Virus record (IMG/VR): IMGVR_UViG_3300027896_005002
Span: 1-64,000 of that record
Length of the DNA: 64,000 nucleotides
Direction: 5' to 3' (one strand)
Shown here: piece by piece, positions 1-10,062 of the stretch
Numbering within the stretch: the stretch's first letter is position 1
How the letters are laid out: every line of letters starts with the position of its first letter
Translations under genes and position numbers: made by a program
Notes under the pieces: model-generated
Database searches by the model: none
What the model was told of the DNA's origin: nothing
The model's input: only the letters and a program-made list of their open reading frames with translations

Positions 1-2
1 CT

Positions 3-3000
3 TATGCCACTATAACCTGACAATCCCGAATATCCTGATGTACCTATACCCGAATAACCTGATTGTCCACTATAACCAGATATGCCCGAATAACCACTTT
101 GACCCGAATATCCTGATGATCCTTGACCAGAATACCCTGATATTCCTGAATAACCAGATGCACCTTCACCTGAATAACCAGATTGTCCTGAATAACCTGA
201 TGTTCCTACACCACTATAACCACTTTGTCCAGAATATCCACTTATACCTGAATAACCACTATGCCCAGAATATCCACTAATTCCTTGAGGTCCTGAAGGT
301 CCTGGAGCTCCACTTAAAGCAACTTCCCAAGTTGAATAAGTTCCTGATCCTGTAGTAAGAGTTATATTTACAACTAATGATCCTGTCCCAAAATCATAAG
401 ATGAAATTGATCCCTCCATCTTATTTGAACTATCATAAGCTATAATAATAGTCTGACCTATTGATAAAGCTAATCCTGCTTCAACAGTTAAATTTTGAAC
501 TCCCGTTCCAATAGTTAATGTAGTAGTTGAAGAAGTAGTATATCTATCACCTTCAAGTCCTGAATAACCTGAAGTACCTAAACCAGAATAACCACTAATA
601 CCTGAATATCCACTCTGTCCTGAATATCCTGAAATACCACTATATCCTGAATTTCCTGAATATCCACTTTGTCCTAATTCTCCTGAATATCCTGATGATC
701 CAGAATCACCTGAATATCCACTCGATCCAGAATACCCTGATGCTCCAGAATATCCACTTATACCTGAATAACCAGATGACCCAGGATTATCGCCACTAAA
801 TCCTGAATATCCACTAACACCCAATCCTGAATAACCACTAATACCTGAATATCCACTAACACCCAATCCTGAATAACCACTATATCCCAAACCTGAATAT
901 CCACTAATACCTGAATAACCGCTATATCCCAAACCTGAATATCCACTAATACCTGAATAACCGGATTGTCCTTGACTTCCTGATACACCTTGTTGTCCTT
1001 GTAAGAATATTATCCACGATGCAAAAGATCCAGATCCACTAATATTACTAACACTAACTGTCATATTTGGATGACTATATGCAGTAATACTACCTTGCAT
1101 ATAATTATTTAAATTTACTGAATAAGAAATGCTAACTCTCTGACCAACAGTAAATGATAAAGAATTTGCTCCATCTAATACAAAACTCTGAGTAAGAAAA
1201 CTTATTGTCATTGAAGTAGTAGATGTTCCATAAAAATTAGAACTTATTCCACTATATCCACTAAGTCCTGAAATTCCAGAATAACCACTTTGTCCTGAAT
1301 AGCCTGAAGATCCAGGATTATCACCACTAAATCCTGAAATTCCACTATACCCTGATGATCCGGGATTATCACCACTAAATCCTGAAACTCCACTATATCC
1401 ACTTTGTCCTGAATATCCTGATGATCCAGGATTATCACCACTAAATCCTGAAACTCCACTATATCCACTAAGACCACTGTATCCCGAATGACCTGACAAA
1501 CCTGAATATCCGCTTCGACCTGAATATCCGCTTCGACCTGAATATCCAGATACTCCTAATTCACCTGAATATCCTGATTGTCCAGAATATCCAGATATTC
1601 CTGAATAGCCTGACATTCCAGAACTACCAATTCCTGAATAGCCTGATTCACCTGAATATCCAGACGCTCCAGAATAACCCGATGTTCCTATTCCAGAATA
1701 TCCTGAAGTACCTACACCAGAATATCCTGAAATTCCGGATTGTCCTTGACTTCCTGATACACCTTGTTGTCCTTGTAAGAATATTATCCACGATGCAAAA
1801 GATCCAGATCCACTAATATTACTAACACTAACTGTCATATTTGGATGACTATATACAGTAATACTACCTTGCATATAATTATTTAAATTTGCTGAATAAG
1901 AAATACTAACTCGTTGTCCGACAGTAAATGATAAAGAATTTGCTCCATCTAATACAAAACTCTGAGTAAGAAGACTTATTGTCATTGAAGTAGTAGATGT
2001 TCCATAAAAATTAGAACTTATTCCACTATATCCGGATGACCCTGAATATCCGCTTTGACCTGAATAGCCTGAAATTCCAATTCCAGAATATCCACTTGCG
2101 CCAATTGTTCCAGAATAACCACTTACACCAACTTCTCCTGAATAACCGCTTACACCAACTTCTCCTGAATATCCTGAAACTCCACTATATCCACTTTGTC
2201 CTGAATAACCTGATGATCCGGGATTATCACCACTAAATCCTGAAACTCCACTATATCCACTTTGTCCTGAATATCCTGATGATCCAGGATTATCACCACT
2301 AAATCCTGAAATTCCACTATACCCTGAAATTCCACTATCACCAGAATATCCGGAAATTCCACTATAACCGGATGTTCCTACTCCAGAATACCCTGATGTT
2401 CCTACTCCAGAATACCCACTTATACCACTATAACCTGACAATCCTGAATATCCACTAATTCCACTATAACCGGATGTTCCAATACCTGAATATCCACTAA
2501 CGCCTATTTCTCCCGAATAACCTGATGTACCTACACCAGAATATCCTGACATTCCAGAATAACCAGACATTCCTGAATATCCACTTATTCCACTATATCC
2601 TGACGATCCAATGCTACCTGAATATCCACTTTCGCCAATTGTTCCTGAATACCCTGAAGTACCTACACCAGAATACCCTGAAGTACCTACACCAGAATAT
2701 CCCGACATTCCACTATATCCTGATCGACCACTATAACCCGATATTCCACTATATCCTGAAACGCCACTATAACCTGATATTCCACTGTATCCTGATGTAC
2801 CGATGCCAGAATACCCACTAATACCTATTTGACCAGAATATCCACTAACACCCGAACCTGAAAAACCAGAATATCCTGATCGACCACTATAACCTGAATA
2901 CCCTTTTTGACCTTCTATTGATACTAACCAATTTGAATATGTACCTGATCCCTGAATTGTATCAACATTAACTGTTAACAATCCAGAACCATTATTATAA

Positions 3001-5843
3001 TTTGTTATTTGACCAAACATATTATTATTAGCATCATAACTAATAACAATATATTGTCCTGAAATTAATGACAATCCCAAATCAACTGTAAAGGTCTGAA
3101 TTCCCAAATTAATCGTCATTGTATCTGATGATGATGTATTATATTTATCCGATTTTCCTGAATAACCTGACAATCCTGAATAACCTGAAAGACCAGATGA
3201 CCCTGACAAACCACTTATTCCAGAATAACCTGACCGACCAGAATAACCCGATTGTCCTGAATATCCACTAAATCCTGAATTTCCACTGTATCCTGAAGCA
3301 GCCTGTCCTGAATACCCAGATTGACCTTGACTACCCATTTGACCAGAATATCCCGAATTTCCTGAATATCCTGATGATCCAGGATTATCACCTGAAAAAC
3401 CTGATAGTCCACTATATCCTGATCCTCCTGAATATCCACTCTGTCCAGAATATCCACTTCTACCTGAATAACCTGATGATCCTGACAGTCCACTATATCC
3501 TGAAGCAGCCTGTCCAGAATATCCTGAAATTCCTATTCCTGAATATCCTGAAACTCCACTATATCCTGACGTTCCTGACATACCAGAATATCCTGATTGT
3601 CCTGAATAACCTGATGATCCAGGATTATCACCACTAAATCCTGAAACTCCACTATACCCTGAAGAACCACTCAGTCCAGAATAACCACTAATACCTGAAT
3701 ATCCACTTATGCCAGAATAACCACTATTGCCGGATTGTCCAGAATACCCTGACATTCCAGAATATCCACTTATACCAAAACCAGAATATCCTGATGTTCC
3801 AGAATATCCTGAAACACCAGAACCACTATATCCTGAAACACCAGAATAACCACTGCGTCCTGAAGTTCCTGATAATCCACTATAACCAGAAATTCCTGAA
3901 CTTCCAGAATAACCTGAAAATCCTGATTGACCTGAATATCCACTTACACCACTATATCCCGAAACACCAGAATAACCAGAAATTCCTGAATAACCTGATG
4001 TGCCACTTCCACTATAACCTGACTTTCCTGACCATCCACTCATTCCACTATAACCACTAATTCCAAAATCCCCAGAATAACCACTATATCCTGAAATGCC
4101 TGAATAGCCTGAAATACCGCTATATCCCGAAAATCCTGATAATCCTGATCGACCACTATAGCCAGAACTTCCTGAATTACCGCTACCACCACTATATCCT
4201 GAAACTCCAGAATACCCTGATTGTCCAGAATAACCTGATACTCCAGAATACCCTGAATATCCACTCCGTCCACTATAACCGGATTGTCCTGAATAACCTG
4301 AATTACCAATAGCACCAGAATAACCTGATGTTCCACTATACCCCGAATATCCTGAAGTCCCTGAATATCCAGAATAACCGCTTCTACCACTATATCCGCT
4401 TCTACCACTATATCCTGATTGACCTGAATATCCGCTACTTCCAGATATTCCAGAATATCCTGATGTTCCACTACCTGATATTCCTGAATAACCTGAATAT
4501 CCACTTCTACCACTATACCCTGAACCACCGGAATAACCACTATTTCCTATTGCACCAGAATATCCACTACTTCCCGATATTCCAGATTGTCCAGACAATC
4601 CACTATATCCTGATTGTCCACTCAGTCCTGATCGTCCCGAATATCCACTTATACCTGAATATCCTGATTCTCCGTCAATACCATCAATACCTGAATATCC
4701 TGAATTTCCAGAAGCCCCAGAATATCCACTTAAACCTGGCCTACCTGACCATCCACTTATTCCACTTCCTGATGCCCCTGAATATCCACTTAAACCTGAA
4801 TAACCTGAACGACCACTATATCCACTTACTCCAGAATATCCTGAAATTCCCGAATATCCTGACAATCCACTATAACCTGATTGTCCACTTAATCCTGATC
4901 TTCCAGAATAACCACTTATTCCTGTAGGTCCAGGAGCAGCACTTAATGACACATTCCAATTACTATATGTTCCAGAACCAATAATTGACGTTACATTAAC
5001 TACGAAATAACCATTTACAGGATTGTAAACAACAACATTGCCTTTCATACTATTACTTGCATCATAAACTATTAAAATTTCTTGACCAATTGAATACGCT
5101 AATTGTGTGCCAATTGTTAATGTTTGAGATCCTGTACCAATTGTTAGAGTCGATGATGATGTTGTTGTGTATCTATCACCCATTATTCCAGAATATCCAC
5201 TATACCCAGAATATCCAGAATATCCACTATGATTGACAATAATTTCTCTTCTACGAGGAAAATGTTGAGCAAAACTATAAACTTCAACGTGAATTAAATC
5301 ACTGTTACCATGTTGATCAATACCAAAAAACTTTAATACTGTATTTGTATTAATAATAATTGGTGAAACATATAGAATTGAAGCTATAGTTGGTACAGAT
5401 CCATCTAATGTATAATAAATACTTGTATTTTGTTTGTCAGAAGTTAACGTTATTTCTTGTGTAGAAACGAACGTTCCTCCGTGAGGAATTGCAATTACAT
5501 GAGGTTTTACAGTATCAGTCGTTACAATTGCAAATGAATAATTATCAGTGTATATAACATTAAGACCATCTTTGACATTAGAATCTATAGTAATAGTTGA
5601 TGCTACAGGAAATAAATTTGTATGTGCTATATAAACATTATATCCATGAACTACAGGTGTAATTGTTCCTGAATAAATAGGCGACTGAAATACACCGTCA
5701 ATAATAGCATCTATAGAATTTATTTTGACATTCAAAGTTGTTATAAGAATTGTTGTGTCAGTGCGAATTTCAAAATATACAGGCGATGTTTCTGGAACGC
5801 CTGTTGCACCTGAATCTGGTGATCTACTTTGGAAAGTTATCAT
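3..5843 (-). CDS. Giant virion fibre-like protein (>1947 aa, open at window edge): N-terminal Ig-like and Fn3-associated/chitobiase C-terminal-like domain, then Gly-X-Ser (mostly GYS) triplet repeats interrupted by five ~75-aa beta-rich domains
   Basis: Absent from the ORF track because it has no stop in the window. ATG at 5843 follows AAGGA and reads MITFQSRSPDSGATGVPETSPVYF...GGTFVSTQEITLTSDKQNTSIYYTLDGSVPT...SGYSGYSG. The same frame still reads GLSGYSGI at positions 26 to 3. Confidence 0.9.
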   Translation of the reverse strand, partial: MITFQSRSPDSGATGVPETSPVYFEIRTDTTILITTLNVKINSIDAIIDGVFQSPIYSGTITPVVHGYNVYIAHTNLFPVASTITIDSNVKDGLNVIYTDNYSFAIVTTDTVKPHVIAIPHGGTFVSTQEITLTSDKQNTSIYYTLDGSVPTIASILYVSPIIINTNTVLKFFGIDQHGNSDLIHVEVYSFAQHFPRRREIIVNHSGYSGYSGYSGYSGIMGDRYTTTSSSTLTIGTGSQTLTIGTQLAYSIGQEILIVYDASNSMKGNVVVYNPVNGYFVVNVTSIIGSGTYSNWNVSLSAAPGPTGISGYSGRSGLSGQSGYSGLSGYSGISGYSGVSGYSGRSGYSGLSGYSGASGSGISGWSGRPGLSGYSGASGNSGYSGIDGIDGESGYSGISGYSGRSGLSGQSGYSGLSGQSGISGSSGYSGAIGNSGYSGGSGYSGRSGYSGYSGISGSGTSGYSGISGSSGYSGQSGYSGRSGYSGRSGYSGYSGTSGYSGYSGTSGYSGAIGNSGYSGQSGYSGRSGYSGYSGVSGYSGQSGYSGVSGYSGGSGNSGSSGYSGRSGLSGFSGYSGISGYSGISGYSGYSGDFGISGYSGMSGWSGKSGYSGSGTSGYSGISGYSGVSGYSGVSGYSGQSGFSGYSGSSGISGYSGLSGTSGRSGYSGVSGYSGSGVSGYSGTSGYSGFGISGYSGMSGYSGQSGNSGYSGISGYSGISGYSGLSGSSGYSGVSGFSGDNPGSSGYSGQSGYSGMSGTSGYSGVSGYSGIGISGYSGQAASGYSGLSGSSGYSGRSGYSGQSGYSGGSGYSGLSGFSGDNPGSSGYSGNSGYSGQMGSQGQSGYSGQAASGYSGNSGFSGYSGQSGYSGRSGYSGISGLSGSSGLSGYSGLSGYSGKSDKYNTSSSDTMTINLGIQTFTVDLGLSLISGQYIVISYDANNNMFGQITNYNNGSGLLTVNVDTIQGSGTYSNWLVSIEGQKGYSGYSGRSGYSGFSGSGVSGYSGQIGISGYSGIGTSGYSGISGYSGVSGYSGISGYSGRSGYSGMSGYSGVGTSGYSGVGTSGYSGTIGESGYSGSIGSSGYSGISGYSGMSGYSGMSGYSGVGTSGYSGEIGVSGYSGIGTSGYSGISGYSGLSGYSGISGYSGVGTSGYSGVGTSGYSGISGYSGDSGISGYSGISGFSGDNPGSSGYSGQSGYSGVSGFSGDNPGSSGYSGQSGYSGVSGYSGEVGVSGYSGEVGVSGYSGTIGASGYSGIGISGYSGQSGYSGSSGYSGISSNFYGTSTTSMTISLLTQSFVLDGANSLSFTVGQRVSISYSANLNNYMQGSITVYSHPNMTVSVSNISGSGSFASWIIFLQGQQGVSGSQGQSGISGYSGVGTSGYSGIGTSGYSGASGYSGESGYSGIGSSGMSGYSGISGYSGQSGYSGELGVSGYSGRSGYSGRSGYSGLSGHSGYSGLSGYSGVSGFSGDNPGSSGYSGQSGYSGVSGFSGDNPGSSGYSGISGFSGDNPGSSGYSGQSGYSGISGLSGYSGISSNFYGTSTTSMTISFLTQSFVLDGANSLSFTVGQRVSISYSVNLNNYMQGSITAYSHPNMTVSVSNISGSGSFASWIIFLQGQQGVSGSQGQSGYSGISGYSGLGYSGYSGISGYSGLGYSGYSGLGVSGYSGISGYSGLGVSGYSGFSGDNPGSSGYSGISGYSGASGYSGSSGYSGDSGSSGYSGELGQSGYSGNSGYSGISGYSGQSGYSGISGYSGLGTSGYSGLEGDRYTTSSTTTLTIGTGVQNLTVEAGLALSIGQTIIIAYDSSNKMEGSISSYDFGTGSLVVNITLTTGSGTYSTWEVALSGAPGPSGPQGISGYSGHSGYSGISGYSGQSGYSGVGTSGYSGQSGYSGEGASGYSGISGYSGQGSSGYSGQSGYSGISGYSGQSGYSGIGTSGYSGLSGYSGI
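961..2033. repeat. Near-identical ~299-bp in-frame duplication (961-1259 and 1735-2033) inside the fibre gene
   Basis: Both copies start CCGGATTGTCCTTGACTTCCTGATACACC and end AACTTATTCCACTATATCC. The 774-nt offset is a multiple of 3, with only a few substitutions. Confidence 0.9.
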
Positions 5844-5845
5844 AT

Positions 5846-6283
5846 TTAATCCTTAATTGCAAAAATATCATTAAAAGCCTGAATTAGTCTGTCTTCCAGT
5901 GATGACAAAATATATTTGTCATACAATTTTTTTTGAATTGCTAGCCAATCAATATTACAAACTTTATCATCAAACAAATGATCATAATAAATTTTTCTAC
6001 TAGTATTAAATGACAAAAAAGGCGCATTTTCATTAATTGTATGAATTTTGATATCATTTGCATTTAAGAAATCTAGTGCATTTTGTAGTACCTGACCACT
6101 TCGACATGTCCATAAAATAGTGTGAAAATTATCGTAAATCCAGTTTATAACTTCTTTTGCATATGGAAGTAAAACAAAATTCTTACTATGAACGTCTTCA
6201 TTCAATTGAACAATCGTGCCGTCAAAATCAATTGAAATAATAATTCTGTGTGTGTCTTTAAACAAATTTCCATTTGTATCCAT
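5846..6283 (-). CDS. HAD-superfamily hydrolase (small phage HAD phosphatase-like)
   Basis: Motif I ISIDFDGTIV, motif II ILWTCR, motif III/IV RKIYYDHLFDDK. Probable start is ATG 6283 (MDTNG) rather than 6331. Confidence 0.8.
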   Translation of the reverse strand: MDTNGNLFKDTHRIIISIDFDGTIVQLNEDVHSKNFVLLPYAKEVINWIYDNFHTILWTCRSGQVLQNALDFLNANDIKIHTINENAPFLSFNTSRKIYYDHLFDDKVCNIDWLAIQKKLYDKYILSSLEDRLIQAFNDIFAIKD

Positions 6284-7019
6284 AAGCACTTTTACTCTTA
6301 TTTCTACAACAATTAATAATGTTAATTGCAAGTATATTTAATGATTCTTTAATTTTCATTGCATTATCCCAAATTTTTATAAACTCATTTTTTTTCGTTA
6401 ATTGTATTATAGACTTTGAATATTTATCACACGTTAATTTATTAACATCATGCCATTTTTTCAAATTACTAATATAACCATTTTCATATAAATTTTTCTG
6501 TGCATCTGAACAATGCTTTTTTGATTCATCTGAATATTTTTTATGTTTCGATCCTAATTGTACTCTACTTTTTAATTCATTTCTCCATTGTGGATGTTTT
6601 TTACCTAATATTGCTAATCGTAATTTTTCTTTAGTTTCTTTGCTTTTCTTAACACCTAATGTCGATCCTGCTATTTTTGAAACATTATAAATCGGTTGTA
6701 ATAAATCTAAATAATGTTGTTCTCTACTTATTAATTGACTTACATCATTTACTTCCTCCAATATTTCAACTTTAAAAGACTCTATAGAATATTTATTAAA
6801 TGCTCTTTGTAAAATAATAGAATGATGTTTATTTTTATTAAGCATTCTTATATGCAAATTCATTCTATGCCGTAAATTTTTTGTTGATCCTATATAAACT
6901 TTATCTGATATCTTATTTTTAATGCAATAAACACATGAACAAATTGATAATGTTTTAAATAAATCTACATTCCAAAAATCTTTTAAATCTTGTATCATCT
7001 GAATAACCGTCAAAATCAA
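6258..7019 (-). CDS. Free-standing GIY-YIG homing endonuclease with NUMOD3- and NUMOD1-like DNA-binding modules
   Basis: CVYCIKNKISDKVYIGST, REQHYLD, GVKKSKETKEKLR, and C-terminal IINCCRNKSKSAYGYKWKF. Alternative ATG at 6998. Confidence 0.85.
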   Translation of the reverse strand: MILTVIQMIQDLKDFWNVDLFKTLSICSCVYCIKNKISDKVYIGSTKNLRHRMNLHIRMLNKNKHHSIILQRAFNKYSIESFKVEILEEVNDVSQLISREQHYLDLLQPIYNVSKIAGSTLGVKKSKETKEKLRLAILGKKHPQWRNELKSRVQLGSKHKKYSDESKKHCSDAQKNLYENGYISNLKKWHDVNKLTCDKYSKSIIQLTKKNEFIKIWDNAMKIKESLNILAINIINCCRNKSKSAYGYKWKFV

Positions 7020-7498
7020 TATGTTTAAGGTTTAATTTTTTACATTTTTTATAGTTAATAATTTGACAAAATCAACAGATTCATGAATTCCAACAGCACC
7101 TAAACCTGCAACAAAACCAGCAATTAAACTAGCAGTTAAATTCATACCAGTTAGTAAATTATTTATAATACCACTAAGAATACCAAGAATCATTGCAATA
7201 TATGGTTTTGCTGCTTTCATTTTTGGTGTATTAAAAAAAGCAGCAATTGGACCGAAATTTGTCAGCGAGATTAATAATTTAATTACAACTGCTGATACAA
7301 TTAACCACGTTACATCACCGGCTTTTAATCCTTTAATCGCATTAATCACATCACTAGTGTTTTTAACTAAAGAATCAACAGTTACTTTAGTTGAATCGAC
7401 TGCCAACACGACAAAAGCTGCAACAAAAATAAATGCTGTAAATAAGACTACTTTCAGCTTCATATGTCCTCCTACCTATGTTATTGATTTTGACGGTT
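7005..7498. repeat. Perfect 17-bp inverted repeat (7005-7021 / 7482-7498) with a 14-bp third copy at 6219-6232
   Basis: AACCGTCAAAATCAATA at 7005-7021; its reverse complement TATTGATTTTGACGGTT at 7482-7498; CCGTCAAAATCAAT at 6219-6232. Confidence 0.85.
7032..7463 (-). CDS. Multi-pass membrane protein, holin-like
   Basis: Signal-like N-terminus, 3-4 hydrophobic segments, GLGAVGIHES and a basic C-terminus. Strong AGGAGG RBS. Confidence 0.5.
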   Translation of the reverse strand: MKLKVVLFTAFIFVAAFVVLAVDSTKVTVDSLVKNTSDVINAIKGLKAGDVTWLIVSAVVIKLLISLTNFGPIAAFFNTPKMKAAKPYIAMILGILSGIINNLLTGMNLTASLIAGFVAGLGAVGIHESVDFVKLLTIKNVKN

Positions 7499-7622
7499 TG
7501 TATAACTTTTGAACTTGCGCAACAATAAATACTACTATGTTGGCATCCTGAACTATTATTGTTTTATTAACTTTTTATTAATTTTAGAGGAGATAATTAT
7601 AGCGGAATATTAAAGAAGTCGC

Positions 7623-8108
7623 CTAATTTTTAACAACCCAATCTGTAGGTGTTAATACTTTTTCATTTTTTCTATGTTCATATTCTGCAAAAATTTTGCC
7701 TTTATCTTTGTCTGACTTAATTATTACATCAACATCCCAACCACTTGGCAAACAATATCGTAACTTTTCTTGAGGACCATCTAAATTATCTGGATAAAAG
7801 CAATCAAACATTTCTTTTGATATATTTGTTTCAGATTCTTGTTGTAATGGTAAATGTTTTACACCAAGACTATATTGCGGGTCTTTTCCTGATTCTTTTG
7901 TCATTCTAATTCTAGCATAAGCAATAGATTTGTCGCAATTTTTAACATCTCTAAGTTTGCCCTGTTTTATGATTTTAGGTTCAATACTTAAACAATCTTT
8001 TGGCAATTCTCGTAATTCTAGTCTTTTCTCCTGTTCTTTATGAACTTCACCATTCATATCCTGAGCAAATTTTATAAATTCTTTTTGAATTGTTGACAAA
8101 TGATTCAT
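7623..8108 (-). CDS. CYTH/triphosphate-tunnel-like protein with N-terminal leader
   Basis: ExExR-type motif EQEKR, ARIR, ESETNIS, KLRY, WDVD, AEYE. Confidence 0.6.
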   Translation of the reverse strand: MNHLSTIQKEFIKFAQDMNGEVHKEQEKRLELRELPKDCLSIEPKIIKQGKLRDVKNCDKSIAYARIRMTKESGKDPQYSLGVKHLPLQQESETNISKEMFDCFYPDNLDGPQEKLRYCLPSGWDVDVIIKSDKDKGKIFAEYEHRKNEKVLTPTDWVVKN

Positions 8109-8114
8109 TTTAAT

Positions 8115-8234
8115 TCATTCTCCCAAAGGATCTTCAAAATGTATTTTAGGACAAAGAAATTCGATAATAAATGAAACTATTATAATATAACAAATCATAC
8201 CAATAACCCATTTTAAAAATACAGGTATTGTCAT
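8115..8234 (-). CDS. Small 39-aa membrane peptide
   Basis: MTIPVFLKWVIGMICYIIIVSFIIEFLCPKIHFEDPLGE fills the gap between adjacent genes. Confidence 0.45.
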   Translation of the reverse strand: MTIPVFLKWVIGMICYIIIVSFIIEFLCPKIHFEDPLGE

Positions 8235-8235
8235 A

Positions 8236-9153
8236 TTAGCCTATCAAAATTCTATTGAATCGTGTGCCCGTCCAACGTTTAATGTTTTGTCCGGTCGTCC
8301 AAGGTCCAAGAGCTGCTCCTCTTGAATATGTGTATCGATCTTGTCTTAATCCAACAGTACATAGAATTCTCTTTTTTGCCATTTCTAATTGTTTATCAAT
8401 AGTTCCTTGTAGACTGTTAGCAAAACCTGAATATTTGTCGGATCTTCTAACATCAAGACTTATACCTGCAAGTGAATAATTAAATTCTTCCCCTGCCCAT
8501 AAAATGGCTAAATCATATAATGCATATACTTGAGCCTCAAGAAGCATTAATGGTTCCCAAGCCGATGGATATGTTAACAAATTATAATCGGTTGCCGGAG
8601 GAAATAGATTAACATAATTTGATGCATCTTCAAGATGATTAGCTAAACTATCATCTCTCCATTTATATCCACGAGTTTGCGTAAAACCAGCTATTTCTTG
8701 TTCAGATGATGGTGGTGAAAAATGATAATCTGCATCAGGATTTACATCTCTTAATTTTACTCTTAATTTATGAATTAGTCGTTTAATAGACTCAGGATAT
8801 TCTTCATCTAATATAGTTAGCTTTGAAACAATTTCAAATTCTTCTTTATTTGCAAGTGATATTGATGTTGGTATTTCTTTTACATTCCAAACTATTTTGT
8901 GCATACCAATATTTTCAGTATCAGGAATAACCCATGGAGCAAAATAACTTCCAACAGCAAATTTAATAGGAATTCTATTATTGCCACCAATTAAAACATC
9001 TGTTCCAGAAGTTGAGTCATACAAATCAAAAGTGATAGAATAAGGATCTTTTAGATTACCATTTCTATCATACACAAAAACGTTCAGATTATCTTTTGAT
9101 GTCGTATCACCTCGTCTTATTGCATTCATATATTCTCCTAAGCGCAGCCACAA
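8236..9153 (-). CDS. Virion neck / head-tail adaptor-like protein with N-terminal Ig-like domain
   Basis: Structural-module context. The helical C-terminal part (LRVKLRD...EFNYSLAGISLDV) resembles adaptor proteins, and the N-domain is paralogous to neighbouring ORFs. Probable start at MNAIRR. Confidence 0.5.
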   Translation of the reverse strand: MWLRLGEYMNAIRRGDTTSKDNLNVFVYDRNGNLKDPYSITFDLYDSTSGTDVLIGGNNRIPIKFAVGSYFAPWVIPDTENIGMHKIVWNVKEIPTSISLANKEEFEIVSKLTILDEEYPESIKRLIHKLRVKLRDVNPDADYHFSPPSSEQEIAGFTQTRGYKWRDDSLANHLEDASNYVNLFPPATDYNLLTYPSAWEPLMLLEAQVYALYDLAILWAGEEFNYSLAGISLDVRRSDKYSGFANSLQGTIDKQLEMAKKRILCTVGLRQDRYTYSRGAALGPWTTGQNIKRWTGTRFNRILIG

Positions 9154-9680
9154 CCAGATAACACTTGAAAATTAATGCCTGTACTTATTTGTCCTACGCC
9201 ATAATATAAAGTATTACATGCTCCTGATTGTTTTGCTGCACCATCAACTGTGTTTGATCCTCCTGTCGAAGCAATATCTGAACCTATACAATTTTCACTT
9301 CTTGTTCTATAAACACTAAATGTATTAGCTTTTGAGATTGTTTGTCCAAATTGTGTGTCTGTTATTTCCCAAACAATAGTATATTGCCCCGGATAAGTTA
9401 TTGGTGTCCATATATAATTAGCATAATATTGTCCAGTTGCATATCTTGATGCTATTTGATTTGTTTGATATTTTACAGGTTTATTTTTTGGACATGTAAT
9501 ACTATAACGAACCATATAAGGATCAAATAAAATATTATTAAAATATGTAAAAATAGACATGTACTTCACAACATTTGGAGCACTACTTTGAAAACCTTTT
9601 ATTTGTGATCCAAAAAAGTTTAAAATAGCTTGACCAGTTCCATTACTGGTGCAAATTATTTCAGAACCATTATAAATCAT
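9138..9680 (-). CDS. Virion structural protein, Ig-like paralog
   Basis: DPYMVRYSI...TGQYYA...GQYTIVW pattern shared with neighbours. Confidence 0.45.
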   Translation of the reverse strand: MIYNGSEIICTSNGTGQAILNFFGSQIKGFQSSAPNVVKYMSIFTYFNNILFDPYMVRYSITCPKNKPVKYQTNQIASRYATGQYYANYIWTPITYPGQYTIVWEITDTQFGQTISKANTFSVYRTRSENCIGSDIASTGGSNTVDGAAKQSGACNTLYYGVGQISTGINFQVLSGCGCA

Positions 9681-9681
9681 A

Positions 9682-10062
9682 TTAGTGAGGTACCCTATAA
9701 TATAAAGAATTTAAAGTTAAAGTATCACCAGTAGAATAATTAACACCAACAAGTTCAATATCTCCGCCACTGCCTTCAATAGTAACAGTTCCAGATATTT
9801 TAACCACTGACAAATTATCAAGTATTTGAAATTTAGTTACTGTTCCGGTAGTTGTAACAGTTGCACTTTTTGGAAAACTATTTGCAATAGCTTGACCACT
9901 GACTGACAGCGCAAATGCTACTACATCTAAAAGTATAGTTGCAACTGTTAAATTTGCATCTGTTAAAAAAATTATTGATCCAGCATTTAATTCACCACAA
10001 ACTGCATCAGCAATTAAATTTTTTGTAATCATATCATGTTCTATCATATTTATCCCTTTCAA
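9682..10062 (-). CDS. Small beta-rich virion structural protein
   Basis: TGTVTKFQILD...ISGTVT..GSGGDIEL pattern typical of phage structural proteins. Confidence 0.45.
   Translation of the reverse strand: MKGINMIEHDMITKNLIADAVCGELNAGSIIFLTDANLTVATILLDVVAFALSVSGQAIANSFPKSATVTTTGTVTKFQILDNLSVVKISGTVTIEGSGGDIELVGVNYSTGDTLTLNSLYYRVPH

Noticed and set aside
38-4927. Many short ORFs on both strands in the ORF track (Asn/Ile/Leu/His- or Val/Asp/Gln-rich)
   Set aside because: They are shadow frames of the GYS-repeat gene. The real frame is the uninterrupted minus-strand ORF from 5843.
1-4930. Periodic short repeats resembling a CRISPR array or satellite
   Set aside because: The 9/18-nt periodicity with wobble-position variation is protein-coding, and there is no constant repeat with unique spacers.
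6258-7031. Group I intron carrying the GIY-YIG gene within the HAD gene
   Set aside because: There is no room for, or sign of, P/Q/R/S core elements, and the HAD gene is complete downstream with its own ATG.
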